DNA from: Paragordius varius
Taxonomy: Eukaryota > Animalia > Nematomorpha
Length of the DNA stretch: 64,000 nucleotides
Assembly (NCBI GenBank): GCA_964247055.1
Contig: OZ176050.1
Location: forward strand, 13,516,001 to 13,580,000
Direction of reading: 5' to 3'
The position numbers were made by a program, and so were the translations under genes. Shown here piece by piece: positions 38,801-50,561 of this stretch. Every line of letters starts with the position of its first letter. Position 1 is the first letter of the stretch. A model generated the notes under the pieces. The model did no database searches. It was not told where the DNA came from and was given only the letters and a program-made list of their open reading frames with translations.

Positions 38801-41800
38801 TGCTTGATAATTCCCCTTATCTTGCATAGTGTTTAATTCTAGCTTAGTTGTTGAGGCAGCATAGGACATAGTTTTCATATTTTGCAAATCCCAACAATAT
38901 ATTTCGCCCATTTCTATAGGAATGTTATTTTAGTTTATTAATTATGTTGTTTAAAATTAGGTGTATAATAAATTACATTTACAGTTCAAAAATTCACCCC
39001 AGTTCAAATTTACCCTTAAACAGTTAAAATTCACCCTTAAACAGTTCAAATTTACCCTTAAACAGTTGAAAACCCTTAAACAATTCTAATTCACCCTTAA
39101 AAATTCAAATTTATTAAACAGTTCAAATTTACCATTCACCCTTAAACGGTTCAAATACACCCTCGAACAATTCAAATTCACCCTTAAACAGTTCAAATTC
39201 CCCCTCGAACAATTCAAATTCACCCTAGAACAATTCAAATTCACCCTAAAATGAATTGTGTTTTTCAAGATTAAAAATTACCTTTGTTTTTTATATTGTT
39301 AAAAAATTAAATTTTGTTGGAAATTAATATAATACTTAACAAATAATAAAGTATGCCATAAGAACATATTTCATATTAATGATGAGTTATATAAGCCCGA
39401 AAAAACATAATTGATTTCTAGGGTGAATTTATATTGTTGAAGGGTGACTTTATATCGTATATGGTATATTTCACATTTATTTCTATAACATATTATTTTA
39501 AATTTTTTTTTCAAAAATATATAACTAATGTGTAAAATATATTCCACTTATATTTTTAAATCATAATATTTTCATAAAGTTTTTTTGAAAATTATGTCAG
39601 TAACTAAAACTGAGAGATGTTTTAAAAAATTTAATCGTATAACAATATTATAAACACAAAGGATAAATGAAAATAGATAAATATTTTTTTATAATAAGTA
39701 AACCATGTTCTTAACCATTAAAAAATATTTTCTAAAGACCACATTACATAAAAGTCTGTTTCCAAAAAAAATCAAAATATTTAGGATTGGCAAAATGATA
39801 TGTTTTTAATGTCTAAAACCCCAATTACATAAATTATACAGTAAAAAGTGAAATTATACGGACAAAACGTAAAAATATAAAAATATTTTTTTCTAACAGA
39901 CAACCATACTTTTTAAATCTTGATTTATATCAATATAACTCATTGTTTTAAATGGCAAAGTGTGAAATAGAGATATATATTAACAATCAATTCTATATTT
40001 TACAATTGTAGCTAAATAGCTTATATGATAAAAATTAGGGTTTTAAAAAGGATGGTTGTCTTTTAGATAAAAATATTTGTATTTAAATTTTTATATTTTG
40101 TCCGCATAATTTCAATTTTTATTGTAATTACAAAAACGTAAAAAGTATAAAAGCAAAATTTATTTATATAAAAAACCGCATTTGTAAATTCTTGACTTTA
40201 TATTTGTATTATATAAAGTTTTATTTTTGGAATTAGCAAAAACAAGGAATAAGAATGTAAATGAGATACACACCTAATTTAAATTTATTTCATAGGTAAT
40301 TAATAAAAAAAATCAAAAATATGTTGTATGATTTTTTTGTCTATAATATATCGTTTCTTTTTATGGTTTTGTATTTATATATTCAATATTCAATGCAAAA
40401 ACTTTACAAAATATAAGTTTTAAAAAACCTCTTTTATTAACAGAAGAAATATTTACTTACCAGATAAGGCATAAAGGTATCGAGATTTATGACCAAATTT
40501 TACGCCAACGCAATTACTATTTATCGTATGAAACGTATGTATAGTTTCTTTAGACTAATATGCATATAAAAAAAATATTACATTTATAAAAAATCTAAAA
40601 AAACTCAGAATAAAATCTTAATAAAATCTTAAAAAATAAAACGTTTAAATAACTTTTCACCTTTGAATGTAATAAATCTATTTTGCCATAACTATCAGAA
40701 TACAAAGCAACCAAGCTTCCATCATCCGATGTTGAACAATACTTGGGATTTACTGAAGTGTAACGTGCTAAATTAATAAGTATCTTTGTAATTTATTATA
40801 AGGATTACAAAATATTTTTAAGTCTAAAAATGAATCTTTTATACATTTAAAAAGTAATAAAAATATTTAAGAAACTTTTAAAGCAAACTTTTGCAAAGGT
40901 GGATTGTGACATGTCATTACATTTGTTAATTTTATCACAAAATAACGAATAGAAAAATTCACAACAAAAAATAAAGTAAAAATGTGTATAATAAATATAT
41001 TATTATAAAATTCTAAAAATTTTTGTTATACAAAAAATAATATAAGAATAATTACTGTAATTTAAGAATTTTTTTTACTCAAAAAAATATTATGATCATC
41101 TATTGATTTAAATTGAAGCTCTTAATTTTGATTACTCTTTAACAATCAAAAAAATTCATAGATTTTGGTGAAACTAATCCCTTCAATATTGTGAATTACA
41201 AAAGTTTTGAATTAATATTTGGGTAAATTGTCAGAATAATACGGAAAATGTTAGATTTTTAACGGATTTTAAAAGCAAACATATCTGAGATAAAAGTACA
41301 TTCATAAGCGGAAATTAACAACTTTTGAGCAAAATTCAGAGAATTACGCATTATATATTATGAAACTTATTTAAAATTAAGCTAAAATGCGTATATAATA
41401 AAAATATAAATTTTAATTAATTTTTCACCATATACGCATTTAAGCTTAATTTTATATAAACTTTTAGGGCCTATCGGAAATGGAATTCGCAATTTACTGT
41501 AAAAACAGTTGAAAATTCATGAAATAATCATAAACGAAAATTAAATAAAATTAATTGAAAGTTATATTTATAAATGGAAACCCTTTCGTCGTAAACAATA
41601 TTATAAAATCTATTAACACTAACACTAACATTAAATTTAAATTATTTTCCCATAAAGATAAACAAAAAAAGTTTAAATAATTGTTTAATTTTTTTACATT
41701 TTGGATAAAATTGTGACAGCTTTCCCGTGGGCAAATCCAAACAATACAAGAATTTGGCGGCATCAGCTGATAGGAAGAGGGCTTGATTGAAAGCCAAAGG

Positions 41801-42876
41801 ATCCCCAAGGAAAGCTGAACTTGAAATTGAAAATTTTTCCAGTGTTAAACGCTGTATTTCTTCATTACCGCTAAATGTTGTCTAAAAACAAAAGCAAAAC
41901 AAAAATTTGTTTATAAAATGCTTGTTTTAAAAAAACTCATATACAAAATATTATTGGATTTGAGTATAATATATAATCTAAATAAAAAATATTCCTAATA
42001 AAAAGTTGATATTAAATCTATAAATATGGTTTAATAAATAAAAATAAATACACTATTATGAAATTTGAAGATGATTTCAGCTATACAACGTAATATATTT
42101 CTAAATAATTGCCTGAATTAGTTAGATGACTATATTCAATTTTTATAAAAATTTTTACATATTTTGACTATGATTAATTTAGGAACTAGAAATAAAAAAA
42201 TTTTGATGAAAATTATTCCAAAAAAATTAAAAATAAACGCACACCTTGTAAAACCTAACCAATCCACGCGTGTTGGTAGAAAGTAACAAAGGCTGAATCA
42301 CATGAAATTTTATGTCTGAAATCTTGTATTTTGCAATATTTTTTGATCCTTTATTCGTTTCGGAGGAACCATAATGATAGTTCAAATTAGTCAAATATTT
42401 GTATTTTATGCTTTGATGTGTTAACAGGGGTGGTTTATATTTTGATTTCGTTTTCACAATAACATTTTTAACGTTATCAGAAAATTCGTTATCTCAAATA
42501 TAATTACAATAAATGAAAACTTTCAATAGGTGCTACATCAGCCCAATCATTATTTTGCAATTTATATGAAAAGCTAAAATCAAAAAGTAAAAAAATACAT
42601 TTCTCCGGGTTTTTGATTGAATCTCAAAGTGTCAGATACATATATGTCGTCAGAGCTTTTATATAGATATAGCTAATAAAACCTTTTAAAATCATCTGAA
42701 TCAACCCAAGCGGCATTGTTATCCTTGTTAGTTTGAGCATCTTTTGTTTTTAATCTTTTTTTGCCAAAAACGAGTTCTTCTAACTGAACCTCCTTAGACT
42801 TCTTAGCTTTTTTATCTAAAATAAAGGGATGCTGAGCCTGGCCAACTTTATCTATTACAAAAAGAGGTTGGTTCAT
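35880..42876 (-). CDS. UTP18: U3 snoRNA-associated protein 18 (WD40 repeat, SSU processome), about 498 aa
   Basis: 11 phase-consistent exons: 42683-42876, 42599-42655, 42521-42573, 42245-42492, 41698-41881, 40661-40767, 40461-40554, 38733-38913, 37796-37970, 36698-36876, 35880-35904. Motifs QLEELVFG, AAWVDSDD, DWAD, IKFH, GEIYCWDL, GSNSGVVNCY, SVITNFP, WSPNSAYFACG, and the terminus LKMTDYKKY*. Confidence 0.9.
39839..40124. mobile_element. MITE family C copy (others at about 4555-4835, 30718-30970, 34455-34755, 35465-35730, 38342-38621, 56604-56895, 58907-59170, 63908-64000; half copies at 19915-20080, 21680-21735, 29815-29850, 57640-57828)
   Basis: ~290-bp palindrome with long TIRs TA|CAGTAAAAATTGAAATTATACGGACAAAACGTAAAAATATAAAGACAAATATTTTTTTCTAAAAGACAACCATACTTT. 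CAGT termini and TA flanks are typical of Tc1/mariner MITEs. Confidence 0.9.
42493..42520 (-). other. 28-nt GT-AG intron (UTP18 intron 3; unusual GAG acceptor)
   Basis: gttttcatttattgtaattatatttgag. The upstream frame hits TAA and the downstream frame has TGA immediately before the acceptor; removal gives IE-N-NEFSD. Confidence 0.75.
42574..42598 (-). other. 25-nt GT-AG intron (UTP18 intron 2)
   Basis: gtatttttttactttttgattttag. Read-through gives TGA; removal restores the frame into the conserved W-A motif (NNDWADV). Confidence 0.82.
42656..42682 (-). other. 27-nt GT-AG intron (UTP18 intron 1)
   Basis: gttttattagctatatctatataaaag. Contains an in-frame TAG; removal gives DSDDFKS|SDDIYV. Confidence 0.85.
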
Positions 42877-43587
42877 TTCATGCTTTTTTTACTCACTAAA
42901 AGTTAAAACAAATGATCAAATCGCTTTATTATATTTTATAAATTATTTTTTTTACTACAAAATTATAAAATTAATGGATAGTAAGAGAATAAGCGATCAA
43001 ATCACATTTAACCATCTTACACAACGACCCGAATCGGTGGGCGGGAGGTGTGTGAAAAATATTTAAATGAAATACAACTATATATATATATATATTATGA
43101 TGGTGTTCTTGTTTTACACGCAATTCAAGCAATTAGATCCACTTTTATGGTAACCGCTTCATAGAAAATGTCAAACTTTGCGCATATTTTGTTAAATAAA
43201 ATTTTTTTAAATGCTTCATTCAGTTACTAAAATATAATACATTTAAAGAACAAAACAATATAATGCGGGCTCCAAAAGGCTCAATTTTTTACCTTTAAAA
43301 AGGGCCGGTTCTTGTAAAATAACCGTAAAAAATTCTGAGATTTAGCGATAGATTGATTAAATATTATAAGTGGTATTTACACTGTGCCCCTAACAGTGTT
43401 TTTTAATGGCCTTATATTATTTATTAAATTTTTATATGTACTTTTGAGGTTAATAATTTGAAAATGTTTCAAACGGCCAATACATAAAAGTTTTTGAGAC
43501 CATTAATATTTTTTGGTGATCACCACCTGGCAAGATTATAGCATCAAAAACTATTTTTACAAAAACCATACTTTTTACAGTATTATA

Positions 43588-43710
43588 ATATTTTGAGGCA
43601 TGGTGGGAACGGCATAAAAACGATATAAGATATTTTAAAAACACTTTGTATTTGATATTAAACATTTCGATCACCTCAAATTTTTTAGAAAATTCATTTG
43701 TTCTCAAAAT
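43588..43710 (+). mobile_element. Decayed hAT transposase C-terminal dimerisation-domain fragment
   Basis: YFEAWWERHKNDIRYFKNTLYLILNISITSNFLENSF aligns with the hAT pattern WWxxHxxxxPxLxxLAxxxLxIPxTSxxxExxFS; bounded by stops. Confidence 0.5.
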
Positions 43711-45921
43711 TTAGTTTATACTTTATAATGTTTTTCAGAAAGGCCCATATTTAAAAACAAATTAACTTCTAAATTAAATATTTAAGTGTGTAAATGTTCA
43801 GCATCATCTCGAATTGTATATAAAAAGTGGTTAGATTTTTAAGCTTTTTTATAATGTTTTCATGCTAAAATAAAGCACTTGCTATAAATAAAATTATTAA
43901 AAAAAGAATTTTTGTTGGACACATTATGGTGTAATATATTTAATTAAGTTAATGATACATGACAATCTCATCACAGTACTCAATAAAAAAATTAATTTTA
44001 TAATAGAAAATGCTTTAGGATTTTCATTGATTATGGTTTTGGCCACATTTAACACTTCTATACAACACAATTATTTCATTTCTTCGATTTAAAATGGGGT
44101 CGTTTGGTACCCCATTAGAGCTAAATATTTTAAAAAATATGGTTTAATTGTAACCATTGCAAAAGTTTGAACTTATATAATGTCGATGCGCCGAAGTATT
44201 AAAACAGTTATTACTAATTTAATTGATAAACCCAAAGGTAAAAATTTAACCATCATAACATGTAGGCATAAGCTAAATCCAAATTTAAAATAATCTCAAA
44301 ATAAACCACTTCTATTAATATAGATGTAATTTTAATAAAAAATTAACTAATATTTTTGCGTTAGAATAAAAAAAACACGATATTTTGCAAAAACATTTTA
44401 AAATAAAAATGGCATCGAAGAAGTTTGATATGAAACGTCATTTTTTCAACTAAATTACTAAATTTTATATAGATTTAATATTTTGGCATATTATTATAAT
44501 TTTTGTTATGATAGAAGCATAAATTTTAAATGGAACCATGTCTATCAGTTTTTTGATAATATAAATTTATAATCTTGGGTCCCTATTTATCCTAATTTGA
44601 TTCGAAGTGTTAAAAAAGATATTACATTTTATAGTAATTGTATATTAAAAAAACGCATTTTTACACATTACACAGTGCTATTGAGTAATAAAAATCTTGA
44701 TAAAATATATTTAGTGCAATAGAAAAATTGATGGTGCTTTTGGTTTGAACCTTGCGAGTGATATAAAAACATTGTAACCATTTTTGTGGTAGTAACTGCT
44801 CCATATCCAAAAAGGACAAAGCATATTTTTATAAATAAAGTATTATTTGTACTAAGAGTTTCACTCCAAAAAATATTAAATAATCTTAAAATATCTTAAA
44901 AGAGCAAACAAAACAATAATAACATTAAAATTTCCAATATTAAATAAGGGCTCTCCTAAATTATTGACCGCTCTAAAGGGGTCACATTTTTTAAAATAAA
45001 AGCAATAATGCCGCGCGGTTTTAACATTCAAAATATGATTATGACATTCAAAAAATTATTTATATCATAATTTGTCTTGATTAACGAGAATCAGTGAGAT
45101 ACCCTAATAGTTTTTAAGTTTAATAATTTCATATTCTTGCATACATTATATAATTAATTAACATATAAATTTATTGAACTGTTAGGAAAATATTTAAAAT
45201 ATTGTAAAATTACCCTTTGTCTCCATATAATATTATTCCTGGGGAAAACTAGTTCGATTGTGGCAAACGTCATATATTTTGATCGCCAAATAAGGAGCTA
45301 ATAGAGGTTTTATTTCGTATACGCGCCCTTTAAAATTATTATTAAAGTAATTATTGCTTTTCCATTAGCGTTAATCTATTTACTTAATTCAATTTAATGA
45401 TATATATGATAAAAATTATGTTCATCCAATAAATCTGTCCCATTAAACAATATTATAAATCGAGTTGTTCAAAAATGTTTATTCCATACTTAAAATTATA
45501 AAACATTCCTTGGTCATTAGGTGTCAATTTATATTCTATATATGTTAAATACATATTTTGAAAATGTAGTCCTTTTCTAAAGTGAAACACTAAACTGAAA
45601 TACAATACCTTATTTATATAGCAGAAAATATATTTTTTGATTTTGAATGTGTGCAATTTAAGACACAAATAAAGATATGGCCATATTTTTATATGGACCA
45701 AAATCAAATCGCGTTTCCTCGTGACATGTAAATAATCTTTGCCTGATAAAAACGGTACAATTAAATTGATTTTTTTACAACACCATAAAACATTATTTTT
45801 TTTAAATTTTAAAAGAAATTCAAAATTGTGAAAATAATCTAAAAATAGCAATGTCCTTTTTGAACAAAGTCGGAATTCTATATCTATACTAAGAATTTTT
45901 TATCATTTTGATAGTATAAAG

Positions 45922-48295
45922 CAGGGGTAGCCAAACGGTAGACCGCCGACTTCGTGACCTCGAGATTTCATTAAAAATATTTTTACATAAAATTTTTTTG
46001 CTAAAAATTATAAATTATTTTTATTTTATTTTTAAAAAATTTACTTGTTAACAAAAATTTATTTATAAATAAGTTATTTTATTAATATATTTTAATAATA
46101 TGATATTTTAATCGAACTTTATATTATTCGAGATTTCTTTAGAGCAGGTCTTCTTAAACTTTTGTAATTCCAGAAACCATTTATGATTGCGAGTTTCTTA
46201 ACGACCCCAACAAATTAAAAAAAATAATATTTTTGAATATGAAAATATATAAATTTAGAATTTGTTTTGAAATATATAAAAATTTAAAGTTGAAATTTTG
46301 CACAAAATTAAAGTGACCAGATATTTTGAACTTTGACGCAGTACAAAATAAAACATACTTTGCCTGTTTTTACACCATCGGGGTGGTATATTATACAGTT
46401 TCCAAAAAATCTGTTAAAATAAACGCAAAACTTCCGACATTGTGCAATAATTTTAAATATATGCTAAATTTTGATATCGACCAAATATATTTTTAAAAAA
46501 AGCATACTTTCTAAATTTAATTTTAGAAAAATTTTGTTGAAGCGTACTTCATACTATTTTGAGCATGATGGAAACGATATAAACGGTTGAGATGTTATTT
46601 TAATTATATTTAAAATTCGATAATGCTAAACATTTTTCTCACTCAAAATTTTGATTAAAATATTCGTTTGTTTTAAATTTAGGTTAAATAAAAATTGTGT
46701 TTTTTACAAAAATTCACAAAAATTTGCAAGCAAACTTTAAATTAAAATTTTCAACCTATAGTAATGCACATCATCGAATAAAGGGTTTTATTATATCGTA
46801 AAGCCTTGTACTGTTTCCATCATGCTTCAAAATAGTGTAGTTTCAACAAAATATCTCAAATATGCAAAATAATAAGAAAACTAATAAAAATTAAAGTTTA
46901 GGAAAAAAATAAAGAAATATCATAGCCTCCACCTTGAGTATAAAAAACGTAAAAACTCTAAATTTTTTAATACAAAAAAAAGGTTTTTTCGAAATCATAT
47001 GCCATATATAATGATTTCTTATGATTATGTTACAGGAATTACATATTTTATATAATTTTCCGTTTGTTTCTAAACCTGATTAAACTTTTATTAAAATATC
47101 ATAATTAAAATTTTTGAGGAACCTCTTTTTACGGAAGCCCTGAGTGAAAGAGTCATTAGCCAGAATCTTATGGTGTGGAGTTCGGGATTTATAGTTTCGC
47201 CACTGCGCGAAAGGCAATCATAATCGGTTTGACCGATCCAAAATTGTATAATGCGAGCAGAAAATAATATACCAATTAAAATTAGGCCAATCTTAATTTT
47301 TTACCGCAAAATAAGCCAGTTCTTTACAAATTATGGGTTTATTTTTACAGAGGGTACTATATCAAATTCTAAAATAATTTTTTTGAATAAATAAGAGGTA
47401 GTTAATATATATTCATTAATTGAATTTTTTAATTTTAAAAAGCAGTACAAAAGTGGGCGCAGTACAGTCGCAGTTTTTTTCTGAAAATCCAGTACTGTAC
47501 TGCGAAAAACAGCCTATCTGGCCACATAACACAAAATGTTATAGAAATTTTATTATAGTTTCAAAAACAAAAGTGGATTCTGACCGTCTTAATCTCAAAT
47601 ATATACAAGTAGTTGCATGGTAAATATTAAATTAAAGTTTATGTTAAAAATTTAATGATATAGATGTGCCTGTTTTTATATTGCATAACAAATCACAAAT
47701 CTTGGTGTAATGTTTAAATGCTGGACGTAGGAGTCCATCGATTACGTGGGAATTTCCCAATTATTGCTTTGTCTTGGCATGATCTTTCATGACATGCTTT
47801 TAACTAAACTTAATACTACGGGATGACAGTCTTTTATATTTATGGAATTTACTATCTTGAAGAAAATGTCCATTATTTAAAACCTATGAAATAATCCATA
47901 GAAGCTGGTAAAAGGTATTTGCCAAGATCTGCAAATCCATTTCTTACTTCAATCATTTAAAATCCGTCGCAAGATGTAAAAGTTAATTATCCATTGCAAA
48001 TTAAAAAAATTCAAGTATTTGTACACAGATTGTGGCAATCAGAGGTCTTCTAAACAACTTCATGTATTTTGATAAAATTAAGATTACATATGAAAATAGC
48101 TGCTCAAAAATTATTGTTTTTCCTAATAGTTAATGGCTTATGCTGGTCACCCCAATGCATAAATAGATATATGAATTGTACCATTTGTGTTGAAGTGATA
48201 AATGAATGTTTAAATACTTTTTAATATACATATGTGCCTGCGTCAAATTTTCTCCCAAAAATATAGCCCGCGGGAAAAAATAATGGCCACCTCTG
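45922..48295. mobile_element. 2374-bp non-autonomous or decayed hAT element
   Basis: TIRs CAGGGGTAGCCA and CAGAGGTGGCCA (10/12 identical), with a perfect 8-bp TSD GTATAAAG at 45914-45921 and 48296-48303. Subterminal gcccgcg motif. No intact transposase ORF; a stop-riddled coding-like stretch lies at about 47700-48230. Confidence 0.88.
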
Positions 48296-49184
48296 GTATA
48301 AAGTATAGGCGTCCATAGAGACTTTTATAATATATTCTACTAATAGTAAAAAATATCAGCCATTTTAAAATTGCAATCATCCTATCACTTCCAATGAATT
48401 GACACTATTTTAAATAATCTATATATTAATGTTTCAAATGGATGCACAAATTTTTTTATATATATCATTTACTTCAAATTCACTTTTGAACATAATTAAA
48501 ACCAAATTTCAAAATATAATGTGTTTTAAGATAAATTAAATATATGGATGTTAAAATTTCCTTATGACATATATTAATATATTTTCTCTGTGTTAGTTTT
48601 TTTATAATATCAAAAATTAGAAACAGCAATTATTAATTTTAAGTTAATAGCACCTTTGAAACGTTGAAGGTAAAACTTAAAATGTTTGATAGTGTATTAT
48701 TTAAAAGTTTGATGATTTTGAAATATTTATGAATTCAAAGGAAGGGTAAGTTTTTTTATAATAGATATTTGAAAAGTTTTATTTACCTTATGGATCTCAA
48801 AATCCGATTATCCGACAAAGCATATATTATCGTTTTTTCCACATTTACCGATGTGTTCTTATCGGAACAAGTATTCTATCGGGTAAATAAGTTAAAAATG
48901 AGTTAAAAAATCCTTATTTCCATAAGAATTTCTTGTAAATGCAAACTGTTAAAAATATAAAATAATGGCACCAAGGGTCATTGGTTGGATATAATTCGCG
49001 TTATATATAAAATTTTACTGCATCCTGAAATAATAAGGATATTTAAAATATCGGGATTGGTAAATCGATTTTTACAACCCTTTTTACTTTCTCTGTTTTT
49101 ATTGGTTATACAGAGTAAGTTTTGGTTTTAAAAATTTAAAATTATTAATGAATATTGTATAATACGCGCACAAACATTTTGTCT

Positions 49185-49231
<47 letters not shown>

Positions 49232-50561
49232 CATTTCACACTATTTTTTACCTTGTGGCAATACAGTAGCTTATGTGTAAAAAACAACAAATGGCTAAAA
49301 TTAATCTTTATCGTAACAACATTATATATTTATTTATTAAATTATGGACAAAATGTATTTCATATGATATGCTACTGTTTTATACCAAATTCTGAATCGG
49401 CCAACATAAATGTGCTAATTGAAGTCTCATAAGTAGATTTTTATAGACAAAAACACGTGTACAAAATAAATATTTGCAAATTTATTCAAAAACCGTCTAT
49501 TAAATAAAAAATGCAAACGGTTTTAGAGACCGTTTTTAGTTGTATTACGATTCTTAAAAATAATAACCTAAGGCTTACATGAGATTATTTACAAGGGAAT
49601 ACTAACTTTAACCAAGAAGGACAAAAGTTCAGTGATATATAGAAAGTCATCAATGATCCCATATGGACATGTTTCACAACTCATAGTTGTTGGTCCCTAA
49701 GTTTTTTTTAAATTTTCATAAGCATTATTAACTCATTTTTATGTGTAAATAAAATAAAATGTTTATTTTAGTGGGATTTACATTCTTCTAGACAAAGGGT
49801 TTTAACAAATTATTTTAATTTAATATGGAAAAGGCAATAAGTAATGTTTGAACACACATATGCATCTTTATTTTTTTACCGCTGACGACGGATATTTATA
49901 GTAGTGTCCGAAATTGTTTGCACGTTTTCTTATTATTTTATATGACACGTTTTGAAAACATTTCCATACATATATATATATATATACATATATATATTTA
50001 CTATTCACGTGTCGAAAATAAATTATATAATACCCTATAAAATAATTTAAATGCATCAAAAATAAGGACAATTAGGCTTAAGTTAAGCGAACACTTATAC
50101 ATGGGAGGAACTATTTAAATAAATTTAACGCTAAAAAAAGAACATTATAGCGGTAATCAATTATTGATTTTGTAGATAACATTGTATGATGGCACGTGAA
50201 CTTATCAATATCACACTGTAAAACATGTGATATTTTAAAAAATAATTATTAATGGGTCAAAATTTTAAAAAATGTGAACTAACCTTAAATTATAATAAGC
50301 ATTTAAGAAATGAGTAATTTGTCTGGTCATTGTATAGTGAATATAAATATAATGATAAATGTCTTTATAAAAGTTTCATTCATTCATGCAAACATAGAGA
50401 TATTCGATATATTTTGTCATTGTTAGGATCCAATTTTTTACTAATTTTTAATTTAATAGGATACAAAGACAGGTACATATTTTTATTACATATTATTTAT
50501 ATTTAATCCTTATATTATTGTACATTGAGATATTATTCCTACAGATACTTAAAACCAGAAA

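Noticed and set aside
36190-39464. Regularly repeated 21-mers resembling a CRISPR array
   Set aside because: Units are contiguous with no unique spacers, lie inside MITE arms, and the context is eukaryotic with no cas genes.
43450-43707. Minus-strand FDAIILPGG motif resembling DJ-1/class I glutamine amidotransferase
   Set aside because: Flanking residues do not fit the family and no further exons were found. The opposite strand gives a better match to an hAT dimerisation domain.
45453-45851. 132-aa minus-strand ORF, and most other 60-100 aa ORFs rich in F/I/K/N/Y
   Set aside because: Composition mirrors the AT-rich background or MITE cores, with no motifs and no splice-consistent partners.
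47130-47400. Possible RNase P/MRP, SRP RNA or hammerhead ribozyme
   Set aside because: Only a single short motif matches each; the P4-complementary CR-V, the SRP helix 8 motif and a correct CUGANGA core are missing.
49600-49700. Possible upstream coding exon of the MDR gene
   Set aside because: The acceptor at 50544 is followed by an in-frame TAA before ATG 50562, so any upstream exon would be 5' UTR; it could not be placed with confidence.
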